A stretch of DNA of 64,000 nt. Origin: an uncultured Chloroflexia bacterium. Lineage in GTDB: Bacteria; Chloroflexota; UBA6077; JACCZL01. The number at the start of each line of letters is the position of its first letter. Within the stretch, counting starts at the first letter, position 1. The notes beneath the pieces are model-generated. The model searched no databases and was not told the DNA's origin. It was given only the letters and a program-made list of their open reading frames with translations. Location of the stretch: positions 160,001 through 224,000 of the forward strand of contig CAVXYC010000019.1 in the NCBI GenBank assembly GCA_963765765.1, written 5' to 3'. A program made the position numbers and the translations under genes. Below, one piece after another: positions 1 through 9,543 of the stretch.

Positions 1-267
1 ATTCGATTCGCGGCGCGCGGTCGTGGCAGCTCTGAGACGAAGCACCGGCTGGCGGCAATATCCGAGATCATTGAGTGCTATCACGTTACCGGGGAAGACT
101 GCTTCGTTCTGCGGATCGCGGTGCCATCCACGGAACATCTTGAGTGTCTACTCGAGAGACTCACCGATTTTGGCGATACCACAACGTCCATCGTTCTCTC
201 CACTCCGTTTGCGGCGCGCGTCATTGAGAAGGAGATGGTTGCGGCACCGCGAGGATTGAGCGACTAG
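1..267 (+). CDS. Lrp/AsnC family transcriptional regulator, C-terminal part (5' end outside window)
   Basis: Frame +1 from base 1 reads IRFAARG...EIIECYHVTGEDCFVLRIAV...LTDFGDTTTSIVLSTP, a typical AsnC ligand-binding domain; TAG at 265-267. Not in the ORF track. Confidence 0.85.
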   Translation: MRFAARGRGSSETKHRLAAISEIIECYHVTGEDCFVLRIAVPSTEHLECLLERLTDFGDTTTSIVLSTPFAARVIEKEMVAAPRGLSD

Positions 268-598
268 CGCGCCCCGGGGCGGGAAATCTCCGCCGTCTGG
301 CTGTGGCGGTGCCAGAGTTGGCTTCGTACGGGAATGCATTCTGCACCGCCGGAACGAGCGTGGCGCCTTCCAACGCTGTGCCGGTTCCGAGATCCGCCGT
401 GGGCTCCAGGTGCCAGTTTCCGATGAGTGGGTTTGCGCCGTCGCTTGGCTTAAGGACGCGCATGAGGCGCGTGTAGTCTGAGCGGTCCTTTTGGTCCGGG
501 CCGACAGGATGTCGGATGTCCGGCGCGGGCGGCCGACCTTGTAAATGGCCCCGATCGTGTTCGATACCTCCCGGCGCTAACCAGGCTAGACTCTAGAG

Positions 599-1477
599 AT
601 GGACTTTCCCGCTCTGCGCTTCAGCAATGGCGTCTCTGATGCGAGCACCTGGGAGATGGCTGATGCCGCAGTCTCTCCGGCTTTCAGCACGGCGGTGAAC
701 CGCATGTGCGGGTTCGCGGAAGATGCCACCGAACCGGTTCGGCGAGATGAGCTGCCCGGACCAACCTGCGTGTTGATTTTCAGTTTCGGAGCGCCTTATC
801 GGTTGGAAGATGATCGGCCCGGCGCTGGTAGCTCGTTGACCCCACGCTTCGGCTTCGTGGCGGGGCTCAGCGAACACGTGACGGTTGATGTGGCGCACGG
901 CTCGGCGCGCTGTGTCCAGGTGGACCTCAATCCCATGGGCCTCTATCGACTGCTTGGAATTCCAATGAGCGAGCTAGCGAATCGGGTTATTCCACTCGAT
1001 GATGTGATGGGCCGGCTGGCCGAGCAAATGTCTGGTCGACTCGAGGGTGCTGGGACCTGGGAGAGGCGGCTGGAGATCGTTCAGTCGGAGCTTGCGTCTC
1101 GATTCCACAACGCGCCGGATGCGGATCCGCGTATCAACTGGGCCTGGCGCCAGCTCTCGCAAGCGCATGGCGCGCTCGAAATTGGTGCGCTCGCCGATGA
1201 GCTCGAGATCAGCCACAAGCACTTCATCGATCTATTCCACCGTCACGTTGGCCTGACGCCGAAGCGCGCCGCTCGACTTCTCCGCTTCCGCCGAGCGGTA
1301 AATCTTGTCAGTCGGAAGGCATGCAGCAACTGGGCGGATCTGGCACAGGCGGCCGGATATTTCGACCAGGCGCATTTCATCAACGATGTTCGTCGGTATA
1401 CGGGCCGGACGCCGTCGGATCTGTTTGTATCGGTGCTAGAGGGCGCGGACTCTGAATCACTCGTTGAGGTTCGGTAA
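599..1477 (+). CDS. AraC family transcriptional regulator
   Basis: C-terminal double HTH: FHRHVGLTPKRAARLLRF...WADLAQAAGYFDQAHFINDVRRYTGRTP. Confidence 0.92.
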   Translation: MDFPALRFSNGVSDASTWEMADAAVSPAFSTAVNRMCGFAEDATEPVRRDELPGPTCVLIFSFGAPYRLEDDRPGAGSSLTPRFGFVAGLSEHVTVDVAHGSARCVQVDLNPMGLYRLLGIPMSELANRVIPLDDVMGRLAEQMSGRLEGAGTWERRLEIVQSELASRFHNAPDADPRINWAWRQLSQAHGALEIGALADELEISHKHFIDLFHRHVGLTPKRAARLLRFRRAVNLVSRKACSNWADLAQAAGYFDQAHFINDVRRYTGRTPSDLFVSVLEGADSESLVEVR

Positions 1478-1658
1478 ACAATCGATTTGCTAGATGCTTG
1501 GATTCAATGTTGTGTCCTCGGACTCGTGATGAAGGGTAGCGATTTAACGCGCGAGGTCGATCCCGAGGTTAATTTCTTCCAATCTCAACGCATCGGTCCA
1601 GCCATACACTGATGAAGCCAGTGCTTGGCGACCATTCAACGCTAGGGAGAGAAGAATC

Positions 1659-2102
1659 ATGTCAGCGGATCCGGTGATGTCGGCTTACATTGTCGTCGCG
1701 GATGCGGCGGACGCGATTGAGTTTTATTCGAAGGTCTTCGGAGCGGTGGAGCGTATGCGCCTGGCCGAGCCGAGCGGTCGCATTGGCCACGCGGAGCTTG
1801 TCATTGGCGACAGCGTGCTCATGCTCGCCGATGAGCATCCCGAGCTCGGAGTCGTGGGCCCGCGCGCGATCGGCGGCTCGCCCGTGTCGCTCCATCTCCG
1901 TGTTGACGATGTGGATGCTGTCAGCACGGCCGCCGAACAGGCCGGTGCGACCATCGAGAGGGCCCCGGAGGAGCAGTTCTACGGGTCCCGGAGCGCGACA
2001 CTCATCGATCCATTCGGTCACCGATGGATGATTCAGACGCCTACCGAGGAGGTGTCGGCCGAGGAAGTTCAGCGACGCTATGACGCGATGATGACGACTT
2101 AG
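1659..2102 (+). CDS. VOC/glyoxalase (PhnB-like) protein
   Basis: AIEFYSKVFGA...HAELVIGDSVLMLADE...FYGSRSATLIDPFGHRW; RBS GGAGAG. Confidence 0.92.
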   Translation: MSADPVMSAYIVVADAADAIEFYSKVFGAVERMRLAEPSGRIGHAELVIGDSVLMLADEHPELGVVGPRAIGGSPVSLHLRVDDVDAVSTAAEQAGATIERAPEEQFYGSRSATLIDPFGHRWMIQTPTEEVSAEEVQRRYDAMMTT

Positions 2103-3400
2103 CTGGCCGCCCTCCCTGCGTCGCCGAGTCGACTCCTCCCGGCGTAAGCGTCTCGGCCGGCATTGAGCCGACTGAGGCAGACGACTCCCAGCAGTGCCAC
2201 GAGTCCTGCTTGACCGAATGCGAGCGGCCATCCGAGGTCCGCGCTGAAACTGTCCAGCACGATGCCCGCGACGACCGGAGCGACGACCGAGGCGCTAAAC
2301 GAGATCGAAGTCTGGGCCGCCTGCGTGGCGCCCAGCCTATTGGGCTCGGCAAGCTCGGTGATTGCCGTGGAGTACACCGCCGAGTCCGAGGCTACAAGAA
2401 GCCCGTAAATGAGAACGATTGCGACGAGCACCGGCCATGGCGCTCCTGAAAGCCAGCCGATGCAGAGTGAAGTTAGACCGCTGGTGAGTAGAAAGACGCC
2501 TGCGCCTCGGGCCCGGCCCAGACGGTCCGAGAGCGCACCGCCTGCGAGCACGCCCAACGCGGTGGGCAGCGATACGAGGCCAGACGTCGAAGCCGCTCTC
2601 GCGGTTGCTTCGACGGATTCAACACCTTGTTGAACAAGTGTCCAGGTCAGGTAGGGTGAGATCCAGGCGCGCGTCACGTACAACTCCCAGGTATGCGCGC
2701 TGTAAGCCAGAGTCACCAGCAGAATTCCCGGTGCTTTCAGTACGCTGAAGTCGGGCAGTCCACTTCGACGAGAAGTTGATATCGTGCGAGGACGAGTAAA
2801 CAAGCAGAGCGCGATCACTGGCGCCAGGCATGCGGCGCCGGCGACAGCGAGCATGGCTTCTCGCCATGCAGTGGCGCCGAGCAACACCCCCGTGATTACG
2901 AGCGATAGGCTGGAGCCAAGGTAAAACGCCGCCACGTACATTCCCACGGCGGCACCCCTGCGTTCTGAAAATTGCTCGGCAACGAGTCGTAATCCGGGCA
3001 TGTACACGCCGGCCAGACCCACTCCTGCGAGTGCACGTAGCACGGCCGCCGAGGGTATGTCATGACTCAGGATCGGAAAAAGCAGATTGGCCAGGCCCGC
3101 GGCCAGTGCCGATGCGGCGACAACGACGCGACTGTCCAGTCGATCCGTAAGCGACACCAGGAAGATTGTTGCCAGGACGTAGCCACATTGATGCGCTGAG
3201 AAGACTACGCCGGCTTGTGTACTCGAGATATCCCACTCACCCACGATGATGGGCTGAGCCGCCGAGAAGCTGGACGACGGCAGCAGGACCAGCATTAAGA
3301 CTGTGCTGATCGCGATCAGCCAGGGCAGATTCTTTGCGGGTCTGCGATGACATCGAAAGCGAGGGTACGAGTGGGTGCGCCGTTGATGCAATCGCACCAA
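2099..3400 (-). CDS. MFS transporter
   Basis: About 12 hydrophobic segments, loop motifs SLTDRLDSR and GALSDRLGR; true start may be ATG at 3353 with a frameshift. Confidence 0.88.
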   Translation of the reverse strand: MVRLHQRRTHSYPRFRCHRRPAKNLPWLIAISTVLMLVLLPSSSFSAAQPIIVGEWDISSTQAGVVFSAHQCGYVLATIFLVSLTDRLDSRVVVAASALAAGLANLLFPILSHDIPSAAVLRALAGVGLAGVYMPGLRLVAEQFSERRGAAVGMYVAAFYLGSSLSLVITGVLLGATAWREAMLAVAGAACLAPVIALCLFTRPRTISTSRRSGLPDFSVLKAPGILLVTLAYSAHTWELYVTRAWISPYLTWTLVQQGVESVEATARAASTSGLVSLPTALGVLAGGALSDRLGRARGAGVFLLTSGLTSLCIGWLSGAPWPVLVAIVLIYGLLVASDSAVYSTAITELAEPNRLGATQAAQTSISFSASVVAPVVAGIVLDSFSADLGWPLAFGQAGLVALLGVVCLSRLNAGRDAYAGRSRLGDAGRAAS

Positions 3401-3473
3401 GAACAGGTGCCCGCATCGAAGTCAATCCGTTGACGTATGATTCCAAACGACGAAACACGACGGTCGAAGTGGA

Positions 3474-4524
3474 ATGATGCTGAGATTTCGCCGACTCCTC
3501 GAAGCGCTCCCTCGCGGCGCACTTCTCCTATTAATACTCAGCATTGCCGTGGTCACGGCTTGTGCTCCAGCGACGAACACGCAGAGTGCCGCACAGAAGA
3601 ACGTTCACTTCATGGGCGGGTACAAGCCGCAAGCCAACCTGCCGTTCGTCGCAGCTTATGTGGCCCAGGCTCAAGGCTATTTCGCGGCTCAGAACCTCAA
3701 TGTCCAAATCTCACATTCGGCCGGTCAGGGAGAGCATCTCAAGCTCGTCCTCCAGGGCTCTGTCGACGTCACTACGGGCGCGGCGGACGCAGTGTTGGGG
3801 CGTCGCTCCGAGAATCTGCCAGTCACGGCATTTGCGCTATTCGGACAACGAGGCGACATCGCGTATGCCGTGTTGGAGTCATCGGAGATCCACTCACCGC
3901 GCGATTTCGAGAACCACACCGTTGGCTTCAAGGTCAATCCATCGCCGGAGTACCTGGCGCTACTCAAGACGACCGGCGTGGACCGCTCCAAGATCCAGGA
4001 AGTGCCCGTGGGGTTCGATCCGCGCTTGCTGGCCGCGGGCCGGGTTGACGTCTATCCGGTCTTCGAGTCAAACGAGCCGCATACGTTGCAAACCCTCGGC
4101 GTGCCGACACGATTGATCAAGGCATCCGACTACGGTGTGCCCGGGACTTGGCCTTACGTACATCACGCGACAGTCCCTCATCGATGACGACCCCGACGTA
4201 CTGGAGCGATTTCTCAAGGCCACGCTGCGCGGTGTTGAGTACGCTCGGGCCAATATCGACGCCGCAACAGATATCGTGATGCAGCACGCCCCCAACGAGG
4301 ATCGCGAGCATCAACGCAATATGCTTGAAGTCGAGCTGAACATGGCGGACGGTCCAGTCTCCCGTGCGAATGGGCTGGGCTGGTCAACGCAGGAGCAGTG
4401 GCAGGCGCTGAACAATTCGCTTCTGGAGTTCGGCGGACTGAAGCAATCGGTTGCTGCGGATACGGTGTTCAGTGATCGCATCATTCGGTCGGTCTACAAA
4501 AACGGGCAGCTCGTCTGGCCGTGA
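3474..4524 (+). CDS. ABC transporter substrate-binding lipoprotein, NMT1/THI5 (RibY-like) family; frameshift near 4140
   Basis: Lipobox VTAC, YKPQANLPFVAAYVAQAQGYF; continues in ORF 4135..4524 (GLTYITRQ...LERFLKATLRGVEYA). Confidence 0.85.
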
Positions 4525-5396
4525 CCTCTAGGGCAACTGTCTCCGCGTCTGAAGTGGGAATCGGCTCGGATACGGCGGAGACGCGCACAGAGCTTCCGGG
4601 GACCGGGTCCAGCATTCTGGCTCGTGGTGTCAGGCACGCATACGAGACCCGAAGTGGGACCGTGAGGGCGCTGGACGGCATCGATGTAGCCATTCGTCAC
4701 GGTGAGCTCGTGGCACTTCTGGGACCCAGCGGATGCGGGAAATCCACGTTTCTACGCATTCTCAGTGGATTGCTCGCCCCAACCGAGGGCCAGGTGCTTC
4801 TGGCCGGCGAAGCGCCCGCGTTGGCCAACCGCCGCTACGGGATGGGGTGGCTTGCTCAGGATGACGGTCTGCTTCCCTGGCGAAGTGTTGGCGCAAATGT
4901 CGCTCTGGCGCTGCAGCTTGGCGGACGTAATCCGGCTCGGGCTGACGATGAACAAGTCACTGCCATACTCGATCGTGTGGGATTGGCCGATAGCCTGAAC
5001 CGGTTTCCACACGAGCTGTCCGGGGGAATGCGCCAGCGTGCGGCCCTGGCCAGGGCCATCGTAAGCTCTCCGGCGTTTCTCTTTCTGGATGAACCGTTCG
5101 CCAATCTGGATGAGCTGATCCGCGAGCGGTTAGGTGAGCTGCTCATCGATGTTCGAAGGGCGACTCGGCCGACTACATTGCTGGTGACCCACTCTGTCAC
5201 GGAAGCCGTGCGCCTTGCGGACCGGGTGGTGGTGTTCTCACCCCGTCCCGGGCGCATCGTCTCCGAGATGGCAATCACCCTGAGTCAACCGCGCTCCTAC
5301 GATCAGCCGGGTTTTGGCGCCACCGCGGAACAGCTCAAACGAGCACTTCGAGATACCGACTCGTCGGTACAGGTGACGTCTGGCCAGGTGAAATGA
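4521..5396 (+). CDS. ABC transporter ATP-binding protein (NitT/TauT type)
   Basis: Walker A GPSGCGKS, signature LSGGMRQR, Walker B FLDEPF; GTGA overlap with upstream gene. Confidence 0.95.
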   Translation: MTSRATVSASEVGIGSDTAETRTELPGTGSSILARGVRHAYETRSGTVRALDGIDVAIRHGELVALLGPSGCGKSTFLRILSGLLAPTEGQVLLAGEAPALANRRYGMGWLAQDDGLLPWRSVGANVALALQLGGRNPARADDEQVTAILDRVGLADSLNRFPHELSGGMRQRAALARAIVSSPAFLFLDEPFANLDELIRERLGELLIDVRRATRPTTLLVTHSVTEAVRLADRVVVFSPRPGRIVSEMAITLSQPRSYDQPGFGATAEQLKRALRDTDSSVQVTSGQVK

Positions 5397-6160
5397 CGGC
5401 GAGCGGGATTCGTCAGTCAATTCCCACGATCGCGTTTTTAGTAGCGATCTTCGGTGCGTGGGAGGTCGTAACCTCGGTACTTCGGGTACCGAGTTATCTT
5501 CTCCCCGGCCCATCGCTCGTTCTTGGTCGCTGGATCTCCGACTTCCGCTTCTTCCTGTTCGAGGGTGGAATCACGCTCCTGGAAGCGCTTGCGGGACTGT
5601 TGCTTGGAGGGGGCGTTGCGCTTCTGGCAGCTTTGCTGATGGCGCGCTGGCCTTGGGTCGAGCGGGCCGTACTCCCGATCGCTATCGTGGCAAAGGTCAC
5701 GCCGGTCGTCATCGTGGCGCCGCTCTTTGCTCTGTGGTTCGGATTCGGACCGTTACCGCGCGTCTTGATCGCGGCCCTACTGACGTTTTTCCCCATCCTC
5801 ATTGGCGCTGTCTCCGGGCTTCGGGCCGCGCCTAGAGCAGCGCGCGATGTGTTTGCCACGTTGAATGCCACCCCCTTTGAAGACGCTTTCATGCTCCGTC
5901 TTCCCTACGCATTGCCTCAGCTCTTCGCCGCGATCAAGGTCTCCAGCACGCTTGCCTTGCTGGGCGCCGCGATTGCGGAGTGGGTAAGTGGTGACCGAGG
6001 CCTTGGTCGTGCGGTGCTCCTTGCCAACAGCAATCTGGATACACCAGGCGCGCTCGCCGGCGTGGCCACGATCGGCCTCTTCGGCATTGCTATGATCGGA
6101 CTGATCACCCTGCTCGAGCGGCGAGTTCTCTTCTGGGCGGGGGACGAGGTAGCCCGGTGA
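5393..6160 (+). CDS. ABC transporter permease (NitT/TauT, RibX-like)
   Basis: YLLPGPS...TPVVIVAPLFALWFGFG...LPYALPQLFAAIK...AEW..GLG; ATGA overlap. Confidence 0.93.
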   Translation: MTASGIRQSIPTIAFLVAIFGAWEVVTSVLRVPSYLLPGPSLVLGRWISDFRFFLFEGGITLLEALAGLLLGGGVALLAALLMARWPWVERAVLPIAIVAKVTPVVIVAPLFALWFGFGPLPRVLIAALLTFFPILIGAVSGLRAAPRAARDVFATLNATPFEDAFMLRLPYALPQLFAAIKVSSTLALLGAAIAEWVSGDRGLGRAVLLANSNLDTPGALAGVATIGLFGIAMIGLITLLERRVLFWAGDEVAR

Positions 6161-7083
6161 TCGTTGCACTGGCGGGCGGCGTCGGCGCTGCCCGCTTCCT
6201 GGAAGGGCTGGTTCGCGTTGCTCCACCCGAGACGGTAACCGTCATCGTGAACACTGGTGATGACGCCGAGTTCTATGGGCTTCATGTGTCGCCGGACGTC
6301 GATATTGTGGTCTACACCCTGGCCGGAATTGTGAATCCGGAGCACGGCTGGGGGATTAAGGGAGACTCGTTCAATGCGCTGGAGATGCTGGCGCGTCTGG
6401 GGCGCGAGACATGGTTCCAGCTTGGCGATCGCGATCTTGCCACGCTGATTCATCGCACCGACCTGCTACGTCGCGGCCTCAGTCTGTCAGAAGCGACCGC
6501 CCAGATCGCGACGGCGCTCGGTGTCCGCTCGCGCATCCTCCCAATGTCGGACCAACTGGTGCGGACCATGGTGCGGACCACTGCCGGCTGGCTCGCGTTT
6601 CAAGACTATTTCGTGAAGCTTCGGACGGAGCCCGATGTGGTGGAGATCGCCTATTCTGGCGCAGACATTTCCCAGCCGGCTCCGGGTGTCCTTGAAGCGA
6701 TCCACACGGCTGAAGCAATCGTTCTCTGCCCGAGCAATCCCCTGGTTAGTATCGGGACGACTCTGGCAGTCCCGGGAATTCGCGAAGCCCTTGGTGCCTC
6801 GAGCGCGCCCGTTGTTGCCATCAGTCCGATCGTCGGCGGCGGCACGATCAAGGGGCCGGCGGATCGCATGATGCGCGGACTGGGTATGGAAGTCTCGCCC
6901 GTGGGAGTCGCCCGGGCCTACCAGGACTTTCTCGACGTACTCGTTCTCGATGTGCAGGATGCTCACTACGCTCCTGAGATCGAGCGGTTGGGAATTCGGA
7001 CGCTTGTAACGGACACCATCATGCGGACCCTGGAGATCAAGGAGCAGTTGGCCAGTGAGACGCTTGCTACAGTGCTCGCATGA
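6157..7083 (+). CDS. cofD: 2-phospho-L-lactate transferase (F420 biosynthesis)
   Basis: ALAGGVGAARFLEGL, VNTGDD, VSPDVD, WFQLGDRDLAT, FQDYFV, PSNPLVSIG, KGPADRMM; GTGA overlap. Confidence 0.95.
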   Translation: MIVALAGGVGAARFLEGLVRVAPPETVTVIVNTGDDAEFYGLHVSPDVDIVVYTLAGIVNPEHGWGIKGDSFNALEMLARLGRETWFQLGDRDLATLIHRTDLLRRGLSLSEATAQIATALGVRSRILPMSDQLVRTMVRTTAGWLAFQDYFVKLRTEPDVVEIAYSGADISQPAPGVLEAIHTAEAIVLCPSNPLVSIGTTLAVPGIREALGASSAPVVAISPIVGGGTIKGPADRMMRGLGMEVSPVGVARAYQDFLDVLVLDVQDAHYAPEIERLGIRTLVTDTIMRTLEIKEQLASETLATVLA

Positions 7084-7727
7084 GTGGAATTTGGGCGCTC
7101 CTCCCCGTCAAGTCCCTCCAGCACGGTAAGTCGAGGCCTCTCGCCACGCCTTTCACTCGTGGAGCGGCAGGAGCTCTCCCTGGCGATGCTGCGAGACGTG
7201 CTAACCGCCGTAACGCAAGCCCCGAGCATCGTGGGCGGGCTTGTCATCCACTCCGATCCGATCATCGAGAGCCTGGCGACGGAGATGCTCGTGGAGGTCG
7301 AGTCGAGTCGCCCGAGGCAGGCGACCTCAATGGCGCGCTTCGTCAGGGCCTCGGGATCATCTCGAGCATGGGCGCCGACGGAGCGCTCATCATTCCGGGC
7401 GACGTGCCGCTCGTAGACGCCGCTGCCATCGAGCAGATCGTTTGGCTCTCGCCGGCATCACCCGGAATCACGATCTGCCCATCGCTGGACGAAGACGGAA
7501 CGAACGGCCTCTTGCTTTGCCCGGTGCAGGCAATCGGTCCGAAGTTTGGTCATCAGAGCTTTCACCGACACACCGAGCTGGCTCAATTCGCGGGTGTGCC
7601 GGTGGCGGTAAGCCGGATCGCATCTCTTGGGCTGGATATCGATGAGCCGAGAGATCTCGACGCCTTCCTTGCGGTGGACACTTTTACGCATGCAGGCGCG
7701 GTCTTGCGCGGTCTGGTCTCGCGTTAG
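7080..7727 (+). CDS. cofC: 2-phospho-L-lactate/PEP guanylyltransferase (F420 biosynthesis); compensating frameshifts about 7135-7310
   Basis: LLPVKSLQHGKSR, alternative-frame LSPRLSLVERQELSLAMLRDVL, DLNGAL, PGDVPLV, GTNGL, FGHQSFHRH, GLDIDEPRDL; ATGA overlap with cofD. Confidence 0.9.
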   Translation: MSGIWALLPVKSLQHGKSRPLATPFTRGAAGALPGDAARRANRRNASPEHRGRACHPLRSDHREPGDGDARGGRVESPEAGDLNGALRQGLGIISSMGADGALIIPGDVPLVDAAAIEQIVWLSPASPGITICPSLDEDGTNGLLLCPVQAIGPKFGHQSFHRHTELAQFAGVPVAVSRIASLGLDIDEPRDLDAFLAVDTFTHAGAVLRGLVSR

Positions 7728-7973
7728 AGCTTCCTTGAATCGCCACGGGCTGGTGGAACAGAATAAGCGTCCGTTCGGGTTGAAGGAAGCTCGAGGCGAC
7801 ACGCGCGTCGCGGGTTACCGATTAGGGCTCAGCGGCTGTGGGCACATCGCGTAGGCCCTCCACGGTCGTCGGTCATACGATCGTTCAATCGCCCTTGCAG
7901 CCCTGCGCAATGACCAGTTGGATTCGAAAGATTTCGTGCTCTATGCCATTTGCGTCACAGTGGCGGATCGGAC

Positions 7974-9543
7974 ATGATGACGGTGAGTGGCGAAATGCGG
8001 CGAAGCGAACTGATCTTTCTGGTACCGCTTGTGGTACTGACCGTTGCTCTGCGCCTGGTCGTCCTGGAGAGCTCAGAGTGGATGACCGAGGGGGATGAGG
8101 CCCTGACAGGCCTGATGGCCCTTCACATTCTGCACGGAGACAGGCCTGTATACCTCAACGGCCAGGCTTACATGGGTGCGTATCAAGCGTATGTCGCGGC
8201 GGGGCTCTTCGCGATTCTGGGAGTCTCGACGATTGCGCTCAAGATTGTCCCGTTGATCGGATCAGTCGCGTTCGTTCTCAGCATCTACATGCTTGCTCGA
8301 CGACTCATTTCTCCGTGGGGTGCATGCGCAGCGGGGTTGATCGCGGCGGTCCCCCCCGTGTACATCCTGGCCAACATGTCCAAGGCCTGGGCGCCACACG
8401 CCGAAGTCATGGCTCTCGGCAATGTGCTGATCCTGCTCGCCATTCGCCAGCACACCCGCGATGCCCGTGGTGCGGAGCCAGTACTGTTTGGAGCGTTGGC
8501 AGGCTTTGCCTTCTGGCTCCACCCTTTCGTTGCTTACTATCTCGTCGTTTGCGGATGCATCCTGGTGCTCGGCCAGCCGATCCGGACACTGACCCGCTTG
8601 CCTCTTCTATTGGCCGGAATTGTGGTGGGCACGATGCCGGTCTGGATGGCCAACGTCGCCTACGCCTCGGACACTTTCCGTTTCCTGACGGTGCCGACGG
8701 GCTCTCACCAGGATATAGGGGCGATCGCCTCGTACCTTGTGTATTCTGGACTGCCTCGAGCGATGGGCTGGTGGCAGCCCTGGGGCGTCCTTCCTCAGCC
8801 GGCCGCCTGGATGCTGATAGGTACCACGGGCCTCGGCCTGCTCGTACTGTTTGTGCGGGGCCGGGCAGACTCACGGCTTCAGGATCGCTCCGACCGATGC
8901 GCCGATCCTGCTGGCGATCAGTGTGCCGGCCATGTTTGTCATGAGCGGCTTCGGTGGGCCCAGCCAGAACCCCTGGGGATTCGACGCTACCGGCCGCTAT
9001 CTAATGCCTCTGTGGGGTGTGGTGCCATTGGCAGTGGCGGCATTTGCTCAATTCCTCCTGAAATCACATTGGCTTGCGGTGAGCGCGGTGACCCTGGTAG
9101 TAGGCGCCCAGGCCCTCGGTTATGCCACGGCGGATCCCTTGCAGATTTTTCAATCACCGTACTGGAATAGACTCCCAGCACAGAGCACAGCCCTCGAGAA
9201 CTATCTGCTGGAGCACGGGGTGACCCGCGTCTGGATGAACCACTGGGCCGGATTTCCGCTCATGTTGCGGACGGGAGAGCGGGTGATCGCCACGGACTAC
9301 TATGACGTCGTAAAAGGGGGCGGGATCAGCCGATTCCCCGAGCATTTCGATGCCATGGAGCATGCCGAGCAAACCGCGTATATTCTCGTGACCACGGAGT
9401 ACAGTCCTCCGTTGCTCGGAGAGCTTCACGAATTAGGTGTGGACTATCGCGCTGAAAGGTTCGATCAGTACCTGGTAGTCCAGCCTCTATCCAGGCGCGT
9501 TGAGCCCTGGGAAGTGGCAGATTCCATTGGCTACAAGTATTGA
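7974..9543 (+). CDS. GT-C fold membrane glycosyltransferase (GT39/ArnT-like); frameshift near 8870
   Basis: EGDEALTGLMALHIL..GQAYMG after first TM helix, many TM segments; continues in ORF 8851..9543. Confidence 0.8.

Noticed and set aside
1605-1640. CTGATGA followed by a small stem, resembling a hammerhead ribozyme core
   Set aside because: The stem is followed by GACC rather than the required GAAA, and stems I and III are not evident.
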